The translations under genes and the position numbers were made by a program. From Bacteroidia bacterium (GTDB lineage Bacteria > Bacteroidota > Bacteroidia > B-17B0 > Aurantibacillaceae), in the NCBI GenBank assembly GCA_022841465.1, contig JALHRL010000003.1, positions 91,571 to 155,570 of the forward strand: DNA of 64,000 bases, read 5' to 3'. Shown in pieces: positions 49,181 to 56,690 of the stretch (position 1 is its first letter; every line of letters begins with the position of its first letter). The notes under the pieces were generated by a model, which was given only the letters and a program-made list of their open reading frames with translations, ran no database searches and had not been told where the DNA came from.

Positions 49181-49939
49181 GTGAAAAGAGAAGAGCGTTA
49201 TCAACATATATTAAATTATTTTCAAGAACATGTTCCGGTTGCCGAAACCGAACTTTTTTACAGCAATCCATTTGAACTTTTAGTAGCCGTTATTTTATCT
49301 GCCCAATGTACCGATAAGAGGGTAAATATGGTAACGCCGGCGTTATTTAAGGCTTTTCCCGACGCTGAAACCATGGCAGCAAGTAACAGCGATACTGTTT
49401 TTAATTATATAAAAAGCATAAGTTACCCCAATAACAAAGCAAAACACCTGGTGGGAATGGCAAATATGCTGGTAAACGACTTTAAAAGCCATGTTCCGGG
49501 AGAGGTGGAAGAATTAGTAAAACTACCCGGAGTGGGTCGCAAAACAGCCAATGTAATAGCATCGGTGGTATACAACAAACCAACTATGGCAGTAGATACC
49601 CATGTTTTTAGGGTAAGTGCCAGAATTGGGCTAACAATAAATGCAAAAAATCCTTTACAAGCAGAGCAACAATTGATTACATTTATTCCTGAAAATTTAG
49701 TACCAAGAGCTCATCATTGGTTAATTTTACACGGAAGATATACTTGTATAGCAAGGAAACCTTTATGTGAAAAATGTTCATTGAAAAATTGGTGCAAGTA
49801 CTTTGAAAACAATTTTATTAAAAAGAATAAAAACAAAACATTAAAAACAAAACCAAATGGCAAAGAAAAAATTAAAAAAGCCGGTGAAGAAAAAAGTAGT
49901 AAAAAAAGCTACAAAAAAATCACCAAAAAAAGCAAGTAA
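49181..49939 (+). CDS. nth: Endonuclease III (DNA glycosylase/AP lyase) with a ~45-aa Lys-rich C-terminal tail
   Basis: GTG start. HhH-GPD motif LPGVGRKTANV, catalytic-region VDTHVFRV, and a 4Fe-4S loop CIARKPLCEKCSLKNWC (C-x6-C-x2-C-x5-C). The tail KKNKNKTLKTKPNGKEKIKKAGEEKSSKKSYKKITKKSK overlaps the next gene. Confidence 0.85.
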   Translation: MKREERYQHILNYFQEHVPVAETELFYSNPFELLVAVILSAQCTDKRVNMVTPALFKAFPDAETMAASNSDTVFNYIKSISYPNNKAKHLVGMANMLVNDFKSHVPGEVEELVKLPGVGRKTANVIASVVYNKPTMAVDTHVFRVSARIGLTINAKNPLQAEQQLITFIPENLVPRAHHWLILHGRYTCIARKPLCEKCSLKNWCKYFENNFIKKNKNKTLKTKPNGKEKIKKAGEEKSSKKSYKKITKKSK

Positions 49940-50160
49940 AAAAACTGCGAAGAAAAAAGTTGCTAAAAAACCTATTAAAAAGGCTAAGAAAAAAGTCGTA
50001 AAAAAAGTTGCCAAAAAACAGGCTAAGAAAAAAGTGGTAAAGAAAAAGGCCATTGTTAAAAAAGTGAAGCCTGTAAAAAAAGCAGCTAAAAAAACTGTAA
50101 AGAAAAAAGCTGTATCTAAAAAAGTACAAGTAAAAGCAAGTCCTAAGCCTGCTAAAGCGC
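49857..50160 (+). repeat. A-rich low-complexity coding tract (degenerate AAAAAAGNNGNN periodicity) encoding poly-Lys repeats
   Basis: Visible runs of aaaaaag/aaaaaagt every 12-15 nt and extreme purine strand bias. It generates spurious Phe-rich ORFs on the opposite strand. Confidence 0.75.
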
Positions 50161-50663
50161 AAACATCCCCTGCAAGTACAGAAAATGTAAAATTTGTTGC
50201 CCATAGTACGCGTTTAAGAGCAGGTGACATGGCGCCTTATTTTGAAGCAAACGACCAAAACGGAAATACAGTTACCTTAAGCTCTTTATTGGGTAAAACA
50301 ATTATTCTTTATTTCTACCCAAAAGATGACACGCCCGGATGTACAGCAGAAGCTTGTAGTTTAAGAGATGAGTACCAACATTTAGGTGACAAAAATTATG
50401 CAGTAGTAGGCGTAAGCGCAGATAATGAAGCTTCACATGCTAAATTTGCAAATAAATACAGTTTACCTTTTCCTTTATTAGCCGATACCGATATGAAAAT
50501 AATTAAAGCATATGATGTATATGGTACTAAACAATTTATGGGTAAGATTTACGATGGAATAATCAGAACAACATTTGTTATTGATGCTGACGGAGTTATA
50601 AAACACGTAATAAAAGAAGTGAAAACGGCAGAACACGCTAAACAAGTAATAGATTTAAATTAA
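49857..50663 (+). CDS. bcp: Thiol peroxidase Bcp/PrxQ-type peroxiredoxin with a ~110-aa histone-H1-like Lys/Ala/Val-rich N-terminal extension
   Basis: 268 aa. C-terminal core RLRAGDMAPYFEANDQNG...YFYPKDDTPGCTAEACSLRD (peroxidatic and resolving Cys with 4 residues between them). N-terminus is KKxxKK repeats. No in-frame ATG between 49857 and 50229. Confidence 0.8.
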   Translation: MAKKKLKKPVKKKVVKKATKKSPKKASKKTAKKKVAKKPIKKAKKKVVKKVAKKQAKKKVVKKKAIVKKVKPVKKAAKKTVKKKAVSKKVQVKASPKPAKAQTSPASTENVKFVAHSTRLRAGDMAPYFEANDQNGNTVTLSSLLGKTIILYFYPKDDTPGCTAEACSLRDEYQHLGDKNYAVVGVSADNEASHAKFANKYSLPFPLLADTDMKIIKAYDVYGTKQFMGKIYDGIIRTTFVIDADGVIKHVIKEVKTAEHAKQVIDLN

Positions 50664-50688
50664 TTTTTGTTATTGTCTATCATTTAAC

Positions 50689-50696
50689 TATTTTTG
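50689..50696 (+). promoter_or_regulatory. Candidate -7 box (TATTTTTG) for the tRNA gene
   Basis: Matches TAnnTTTG, 24 nt upstream of tRNA position 1. Confidence 0.35.
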
Positions 50697-50719
50697 CCTT
50701 CCGATTTTGAAAAAAATCA

Positions 50720-50793
50720 GCTCCTATAGCTCAGCTGGTTAGAGCATCAGACTCATAATCTGAGGGTCCCTGGTTCGAGCCCAGGTGGGAGCA
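50720..50793 (+). tRNA. tRNA with anticodon CAT (elongator Met, or Ile2 if lysidine-modified). CCA not encoded.
   Basis: Manual cloverleaf: acceptor GCTCCTA/TGGGAGC (one G-T wobble), D-arm GCTC-AGCTGGTTA-GAGC, anticodon arm TCAGA-CTCATAA-TCTGA, variable loop GGGTC, T-arm CCTGG-TTCGAGC-CCAGG, discriminator A. The G1-C72 pair argues against an initiator. Confidence 0.85.
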
Positions 50794-50794
50794 C

Positions 50795-50823
50795 AAAACC
50801 CCGAATTATTTCGGGGTTTTTTT
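50795..50823 (+). terminator. Rho-independent terminator after the tRNA
   Basis: aaaa-ccccgaa-ttat-ttcgggg-ttttttt. Confidence 0.85.
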
Positions 50824-50913
50824 GTGTGTTTTTTTGAGTTTCTTTATCGATTGCAATCGTTACAGGCAAACTTAAAAATTAAATGGTAAGGTTTATTAAA
50901 AACTAAATTATAA

Positions 50914-51627
50914 CTACTGAATTACCAAGCCCAATTTTAATCCTCCCTGAACAAGGCGAGTTAATTTGTAGGGGGTGGCTTCATTAAACACATTCACATA
51001 ATCACCTCGGTAATCTTTTTTTGTAATGTCGTTTAAACCAAAAAAGTAATACGGACTAAAGCTTATCCAATAATCGTTTGTTATTTTAAATTTAAACCCC
51101 CCGTTTACATAAACTCCATAATTAAAAATTTGAGTTGGCATATCTACTGTACTTTTGTATTCTTTACTATAAAAACCTAAATCATCATCGTTTTCAACTT
51201 CAATAAAAACATTTTCGTACTGAGTTGGATAAGCTCCTTTATAAGCAAATGTACCATTTCGTATCAGTTTAGATTCAAATACTATGTTTGATTTTATACC
51301 AACATTCATAAAAAAATCAATATGCTCATAATCTACCGGTACATTTATTTTAAATAAAATGGGAATGTCTATTGTTTGAACTTTCCTTATTTCTGTATAA
51401 TTACATTCTGCAACCGGAAAAAATGCCTGCCAATTAGGGTCAAACACTATCTTATCACTTCTGTATGAACCTCTGTATTCTGTTGTGTTTTTAAAATTAT
51501 TGTATTCTATACCTACCTCTATTCCAAATATTTTACCAAAATATTTTACATAACTCAGTCCCGCATTAATACCAATATTGCTTCTTGATATTGCATAAAC
51601 ATCGCTGCTGCGATTGTGATTGCTCAC
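50914..51627 (-). CDS. Outer-membrane beta-barrel (OMP_b-brl/porin-like) protein. The true start is probably upstream, up to about 51771.
   Basis: The ORF-track start is a GTG with no signal peptide. The in-frame upstream sequence encodes KIVIVLLAFSFQLISQEAKD (signal-peptide-like). The C-terminal region has an alternating beta pattern (GGLKLGLVIQ). Confidence 0.65.
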   Translation of the reverse strand: MSNHNRSSDVYAISRSNIGINAGLSYVKYFGKIFGIEVGIEYNNFKNTTEYRGSYRSDKIVFDPNWQAFFPVAECNYTEIRKVQTIDIPILFKINVPVDYEHIDFFMNVGIKSNIVFESKLIRNGTFAYKGAYPTQYENVFIEVENDDDLGFYSKEYKSTVDMPTQIFNYGVYVNGGFKFKITNDYWISFSPYYFFGLNDITKKDYRGDYVNVFNEATPYKLTRLVQGGLKLGLVIQ

Positions 51628-51767
51628 ATCTCCAAGAGTAGAAGCTACAAAAAAATTAAATTCTTGTTTTGGAAATTTTATCGAATCGTTTTTAATTAGT
51701 ATATAATCTATACTGTCTTTAGCCTCCTGAGAAATTAATTGGAAACTAAATGCTAATAAAACAATTA

Positions 51768-52415
51768 CTATTTTATAATTTCTGTAGATTCTTTCTCTGT
51801 TTTAAGAAGTTTAATGTCTTCTATTAATTTATTTACTTGCACCTTATCTGTTCCGTCATACATTCCTCTTATTCTACCAAATTTATCAATCAGTAAAAAT
51901 AATTCACTGTGTAAAAAACCTTCAGGTGTACCATCATCTTCTAATGCATTAACAAGATAATCATTTTTAGCTAAATTGTAAATGGTTGTTTTGCTACCCG
52001 TTAACAAGTGCCATTTGCCGCTAATTGCGCCATAAGACTCAGCATACTTTTTTAATACTTCTACTGTATCATGCAAAGGATTAACTGAATGCGATAAAAT
52101 TAAAACATCTTCCTCCTTTTCAAATGCCTTTTGCACTGTTGTTAAATTGCTGCTCATTTGCGGACAAATACTTTGGCAACTTGCAAAAAAGAAATCGGCA
52201 ACATATATTTTTCCTTTTGTTGTAAAGGCATTTACTTTTTCAGCATTTTGATTGGTAAGCTCAAAAGCGCCAATGGTATGATAAATGGTATCGTTATTTC
52301 CAATCCTCTTTTCACCATAAACAGGAAGTAATAAAGTTGGCTCACTTTTTTGATTGCATGCAAAACAAAAGGTTAATGCAAGCACGAATAATAAATTACT
52401 GGCTCTTAATTTCAT
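51768..52415 (-). CDS. SCO1/SenC-family thioredoxin-fold copper chaperone lipoprotein
   Basis: 215 aa with lipobox-like LTFCFAC. CxxxC motif in FFFASCQSICPQM, conserved His in LSHSVNPLHD, and the motif FLLIDKFGRIRGMYDG. Confidence 0.85.
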   Translation of the reverse strand: MKLRASNLLFVLALTFCFACNQKSEPTLLLPVYGEKRIGNNDTIYHTIGAFELTNQNAEKVNAFTTKGKIYVADFFFASCQSICPQMSSNLTTVQKAFEKEEDVLILSHSVNPLHDTVEVLKKYAESYGAISGKWHLLTGSKTTIYNLAKNDYLVNALEDDGTPEGFLHSELFLLIDKFGRIRGMYDGTDKVQVNKLIEDIKLLKTEKESTEIIK

Positions 52416-53046
52416 TTTCTTTTAGCATTAAGTTTTTTTCTTCTTTTATTCTTAAATGTTGGTAATCTTCAATTAATCTTTTTATTTCAGCCACATATCG
52501 TGCATCATAATAGCCGCGTACGTTTCTGTTATTATCAATCAAAATAAAAAAACTATAATCTACATAAATTGGTTTACCATTAAAAAACACTTTATTTAAA
52601 CTATCAAATGAATTTTTATTCCATCCGTAAAAAAACAAATTATCGGTTTTTCCGGCCATTTTCATCAATTGGGTTGTTGTTTCAGAAGTATTGTTTTGTT
52701 GTTCGCTTACAAAAACAAATGGCATGTGTTTAATTTTATCGGTTTTATAGTTAACGTACTCCCATAAACCGCTTACTCTGTATGCTTCATTCTTATAATC
52801 ATCTTTTACAAACATAAGCGCCATTAACGGAAATTTTTCTAAATCCAGCAATTGTATTTGCTCACTTTCATTTATTTTTTCAAAAGCTGTATTTACCTTA
52901 TAATAAACAGTATCTGCACCTGCCAGTTTTCGTGGGCCGTAAATAGAAAGTTTACGCGAATTAATTGTACTGGTTTCTAATATTACCCAAAAAAGTGATG
53001 GGAAAATTACAATTAAAAAAACTAGCCACTTCTTGTTTTTAAACAT
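52396..53046 (-). CDS. SCO-like paralog lacking the CxxxC copper-binding motif (membrane-anchored)
   Basis: 216 aa with an N-terminal TM. The C-terminal FFILIDNNRNVRGYYDARYVAEIKRLIEDYQHL parallels FLLIDKFGRIRGMYDGTDKVQVNKLIEDIKLL of the downstream SCO gene. No Cys pair present. Confidence 0.5.
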   Translation of the reverse strand: MFKNKKWLVFLIVIFPSLFWVILETSTINSRKLSIYGPRKLAGADTVYYKVNTAFEKINESEQIQLLDLEKFPLMALMFVKDDYKNEAYRVSGLWEYVNYKTDKIKHMPFVFVSEQQNNTSETTTQLMKMAGKTDNLFFYGWNKNSFDSLNKVFFNGKPIYVDYSFFILIDNNRNVRGYYDARYVAEIKRLIEDYQHLRIKEEKNLMLKENEIKSQ

Positions 53047-53086
53047 CTTTTAAAAATATGGACGAAATTACAACACCCATGATAAT

Positions 53087-53114
53087 AAAAAAAGCCAATT
53101 CTTTAGGAATTGGC
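53087..53114 (-). terminator. Rho-independent terminator for the T9SS cargo gene
   Basis: Minus strand: gccaattc-ctaaa-gaattggc followed by T7, 22 nt after the stop at 53136. Confidence 0.7.
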
Positions 53115-53135
53115 CTTAATTATAAACTAAATAAA

Positions 53136-54137
53136 TTATTCGGATATAATTAAACGTTTAACACCGCTATAACCTTTTGCTTTCACATTTACAAAATAAA
53201 TACCGGGTGCAAGATTTTGTGTATTAACCATGTTAGAATTATTTTGATGAATGAGTTCACGCCCCATGCAATCACTAATTATAACGTTTTCTGCAACTAA
53301 ATTATCTGCTATTTGAACTTGAATTTGCTTAGTTGCAGGATTTGGAAACATTCCAAATTGCAGTTGATTTAAGTTGTTTTCTTTAACACCAATTATAAAT
53401 ACGGCTTTATTTACCGAAGCGCTAGAGGAAAGTGTGGTTTGTGTGCTAAAGGTTGTTGAACTTCTGGTTACTGTAAGTATAGGAAATTTGCTGGAAACGT
53501 GATAAAACTGATAAGATGTTGTTGTAATGTTTGCAACCGGTATAATAAATACCGTAGCCGTTACCGTTTGAACACTTTTAACCATTAAAACATTATTGTA
53601 TGTGTTACCATAAGGTAATTGAAGCGTTCCTCTGCCATCTGCTGTTGTAATTAAACTACCATTTACATTAACAGTTGTTGCAGTTCCGGCAAATGCATCA
53701 CCTAAAGCATAACCATAATCTATAGGGTATCTTGCAGCTATTGCAGGATTGGTAAAAGTAGCAGTAATTGAACCAAAAGTTGTTCCTAATAATTCAGTTT
53801 GTGTTGTTGGTGTTGTTACTGAATTTAAGAATGAATAGGAACTTCCTTGCTTTTGAACTATATCACAATTAGCAGGAACAGAAATAGTTTGTGTTGCAGG
53901 ATCTAAATAAGAAGTTGTATTTACAGTTGTAGTTTCTACGAGCCCCGTAAAATTCCAGGTTACACCGTCACCGGTAATATCCACCGGCATGCCGGCAAAA
54001 TAAAAGGTTGTATCCATTATATAAACCCTATTGGTATCACCAATTACAGGTTCATAAGCCGCCTGAGTTAAAACTAAGTTTTGCCCGTAATTGGCGGTAG
54101 CAATCATTATAAAAAATAGTTGTAAAAGTTTTTTCAT
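53136..54137 (-). CDS. Secreted protein of unknown function with a T9SS type A C-terminal sorting domain
   Basis: 333 aa with signal peptide FFIMIATANYGQ. Thr/Ser-rich beta region. C-terminus FGMFPNPATKQIQVQI...GIYFVNVKAKGYSGVKRLIISE. Confidence 0.7.
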   Translation of the reverse strand: MKKLLQLFFIMIATANYGQNLVLTQAAYEPVIGDTNRVYIMDTTFYFAGMPVDITGDGVTWNFTGLVETTTVNTTSYLDPATQTISVPANCDIVQKQGSSYSFLNSVTTPTTQTELLGTTFGSITATFTNPAIAARYPIDYGYALGDAFAGTATTVNVNGSLITTADGRGTLQLPYGNTYNNVLMVKSVQTVTATVFIIPVANITTTSYQFYHVSSKFPILTVTRSSTTFSTQTTLSSSASVNKAVFIIGVKENNLNQLQFGMFPNPATKQIQVQIADNLVAENVIISDCMGRELIHQNNSNMVNTQNLAPGIYFVNVKAKGYSGVKRLIISE

Positions 54138-54224
54138 GTTGTTTTTCTTTGTTCAAATATAGTTAATAATTTGGAATGAATTTTTAAATGGAATAAAAGA
54201 ATCCCTTTACATTTACCTAAAAAA

Positions 54225-54671
54225 ATGAAGAAAATTGCAATTTGCCTTCTTGGCCTACTGTTATACAGCTGTATTAACATTAATAAAACAATTCGTGAGC
54301 CCAATACCCGAGTTGAATTAGAAAAATCGGATTTTACCTTTTCAGAGCAAGTAAAAGGAGAAGCTAGAACGGTTCAAATTATTGGCATTGATTTTCAGCG
54401 TTTGTTCATGAAAAAAAACGGTAATGTAAATAAGGATGGAAGTTCTAGTGGGCCACTTGGTATAAACATTGCTTCTATTCCGGTAGTGGGTAATTTAGTT
54501 GTTAACCAAACCGCATCCTATGCGCTTTACGATTTAATGGATAAAAACCCTGGATATGATGTAGTGTTTTATCCCCAATTTGAAACAGTAATCAAGCGCC
54601 CCATAGGATTTGGACTCCTTTATAAGGTTACCGAAGTAAAAGCAACCGCGCGTTTAGCAAAAATAAAATAA
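54225..54671 (+). CDS. Small lipoprotein of unknown function
   Basis: 148 aa with lipobox LLLYSCININ. No recognisable catalytic motif. Confidence 0.55.
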   Translation: MKKIAICLLGLLLYSCININKTIREPNTRVELEKSDFTFSEQVKGEARTVQIIGIDFQRLFMKKNGNVNKDGSSSGPLGINIASIPVVGNLVVNQTASYALYDLMDKNPGYDVVFYPQFETVIKRPIGFGLLYKVTEVKATARLAKIK

Positions 54672-54696
54672 ATCTACTAAGGCGCTAGTGGCTTTT

Positions 54697-56559
54697 TTAA
54701 ACAAGCATTAAGGGTATTTCTATTTTGTGGCGAACTTCTTCAATAGTGTTTCCCAATAAAATATCTTTTATTGCACGATGTCCGTGTTTACCCATAATTA
54801 AAACATCGCAATTGTTTTGTTTTACCATTTCCGGTATTGCTACCTTCGGACTTCCAAAGCCCAATGCCATTTGGGTTTTGTATCCTTTGGCGTTAATTTC
54901 ATCTACATAACGCTTTAAAAACAAAACATCCTGCTCACGTTCCATATCAAAAGCATCTTCTCCATAAACTACTGCATTGGTACTTTCTAAAACATGTAGC
55001 AAAATATAATTAGCATCTTTGCCTCCAATCATTAAAGCTTTATTGATTGCTTTGTTATCACTCCCGCTAAAATCAACAGTTATTGCAATGGTTTGATATG
55101 GTTTTAATTCATCAAAAACTATTTCCTTTATTTCACCATGAAATTCGTTTCGTTTGTAATGATAAAACTTTTCAAAAAATGGAACAATAGCAATATAAAA
55201 CAACATTATTAAGCAAAATATGCAAACCGGAACAATAGTAAAACTTATTAAAATTGGATTCTCTGAATTACTAACCAATTCCTTTAAAAAATTAAAAACC
55301 AACAAAATATTTAATGAAACTATAATTCCGGCAGCTAACCATGATAGAATTTTTTGCCATCTTGGAATTGTAAATTCTCCCATTTTTTTTGCATCGCTTA
55401 CAAAATGTATAAGGGGTATAACGGCAAATCCTAATTGTAAACTTAATATAACCTGACTTAAAATAAGCATATCGCCGGTACTTGATTCCCCTAAAATTAA
55501 AATGGTAATAACTGCAGGTATAATGGCAAGCAAACGAGTTACTAACCTTCTTATCCAAGGCGGTATCCGTAAATTTAAATAGCCTTCCATAACCACTTGC
55601 CCTGCTAAAGTACTGGTAATGGTAGAACTTTGTCCGGCTGCTATTAAGGCAATAGCAAATAACAGAGGAGCTAAAGCACTCCCCAACATTGGTTCTAATA
55701 GTTTATGAGCATCTTCAATTTCAGTAACATTGTGTACGCCTTGCTTAAAAAAAGAGGTAGCTGCTAAAATTAAAATTGCAGCATTTACAAATAAGGCAAG
55801 ATTTAAAGCAACTGCACTATCAATTAAATTAAACCGTAATGCCTTTTTTATTCCTTCTTCGTTTCTACGAAACTTCCGTGTTTGCACAAGTGAACTATGT
55901 AAATAAAGATTATGCGGCATAACAGTAGCGCCAATAATACCAATGGCAATATATAAGGCCTCATCATTCTCAATTCCCGGAATTAAACCAGTTGCCACCT
56001 CGCCCAAATTTGGTTTAGCAATAATTAATTGTATTAAAAAAGAAATACCAATTAAGGCTACTAATGAAATTATAAAAGCTTCTAATTTTCTTATTCCTTT
56101 ATTTAGTAAAAATAAAAGTAAAAAACTATCCAACACTGTAATGCATACACCAGCTAAAATAGAAACAGATGGAAATAATAAATGTATTCCAATTGCCATT
56201 CCTAAAACTTCCGCTAAATCACAGGCTGCAATAGCTATTTCTGCCAAAATGTATAAGAAATAATTCACGAATTTAGGATACGTTTCCCTGCTTGCCTGAG
56301 CCAAATCCTTACCGGCAACTATTCCCAAACGAGCGCAATGACTTTGCAATAACAAAGCAATTAAATTACTCATTACCAAAACCCAAATTAAACTGTATCC
56401 AAACTGACTTCCGCCTGCAATATCGGTTGCCCAGTTCCCCGGATCCATATATCCCACACTAATCATATATGCAGGTCCCAAAAAAGCCAATAGGCGTTTC
56501 CATTTGGTTCCTTGAGCAGTGTTTACCGTTGCATTTACTTCTTCTAACGACTTTGACAT
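54697..56559 (-). CDS. mntH: Nramp-family divalent metal (Mn2+/Fe2+):H+ symporter fused to a C-terminal universal stress protein (Usp) domain
   Basis: 620 aa. Nramp signatures DPGNWATDIAGG and ATVMPHNLYLHS with about 11 TMs. C-terminal ~145 aa (nt ~54700-55128) is Usp-like: IAITVDFSGSDNKAINKAL...DVLIMGKHGHRAIKDILLGNTIEEVRHKIEIPLMLV. Confidence 0.85.
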   Translation of the reverse strand: MSKSLEEVNATVNTAQGTKWKRLLAFLGPAYMISVGYMDPGNWATDIAGGSQFGYSLIWVLVMSNLIALLLQSHCARLGIVAGKDLAQASRETYPKFVNYFLYILAEIAIAACDLAEVLGMAIGIHLLFPSVSILAGVCITVLDSFLLLFLLNKGIRKLEAFIISLVALIGISFLIQLIIAKPNLGEVATGLIPGIENDEALYIAIGIIGATVMPHNLYLHSSLVQTRKFRRNEEGIKKALRFNLIDSAVALNLALFVNAAILILAATSFFKQGVHNVTEIEDAHKLLEPMLGSALAPLLFAIALIAAGQSSTITSTLAGQVVMEGYLNLRIPPWIRRLVTRLLAIIPAVITILILGESSTGDMLILSQVILSLQLGFAVIPLIHFVSDAKKMGEFTIPRWQKILSWLAAGIIVSLNILLVFNFLKELVSNSENPILISFTIVPVCIFCLIMLFYIAIVPFFEKFYHYKRNEFHGEIKEIVFDELKPYQTIAITVDFSGSDNKAINKALMIGGKDANYILLHVLESTNAVVYGEDAFDMEREQDVLFLKRYVDEINAKGYKTQMALGFGSPKVAIPEMVKQNNCDVLIMGKHGHRAIKDILLGNTIEEVRHKIEIPLMLV

Positions 56560-56590
56560 TTTTAAAAATTAATGCATTTTATTTAGGAAG

Positions 56591-56598
56591 CAAATGTA
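56591..56598 (-). promoter_or_regulatory. Candidate -7 box (TACATTTG) for the Nramp-Usp gene
   Basis: The plus-strand sequence caaatgta is TACATTTG on the minus strand, 32 nt upstream of the ATG at 56559. Confidence 0.35.
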
Positions 56599-56666
56599 AA
56601 AACAATTTACAATAACCTAAACATTATTTTTGGTATACCTAATTTTTAATATTCTGAATAGAATGC

Positions 56667-56674
56667 TAACTTTG
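56667..56674 (+). promoter_or_regulatory. Candidate -7 box (TAACTTTG) for the caspase-like gene
   Basis: Matches TAnnTTTG, 17 nt upstream of the TTG start at 56691. A second match, TATTTTTG, lies at 56625-56632. Confidence 0.35.
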
Positions 56675-56690
56675 ACTAATTAACAATCCT

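Noticed and set aside
49841-50230. Minus-strand 129-aa and 94-aa Phe-rich ORFs opposite the nth/bcp junction
   Set aside because: They are artefacts of the A-rich lysine-coding tract (AAA read as TTT on the other strand). Their composition is nonsensical for a real protein, and they overlap two well-supported genes.
50848-50859. Perfect 12-nt palindrome cgattgcaatcg between the tRNA terminator and the OM barrel gene
   Set aside because: It is too short, with no flanking U-tract, to call a terminator, and no known operator consensus was recognised. It may occur by chance in a 90-nt AT-rich spacer.
50664-50913. tRNA locus as a possible genomic-island integration site
   Set aside because: There is no integrase, no direct repeat of the tRNA 3' end, and no compositional break visible downstream. 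The flanking genes look like ordinary envelope and housekeeping genes.
56651-56664. Short inverted repeat attctgaatagaat in the Nramp/caspase divergent region, considered as a Fur/MntR-type operator
   Set aside because: It has only 5-nt arms and no match to a metalloregulator box I can state with confidence. It cannot be supported without a motif scan.
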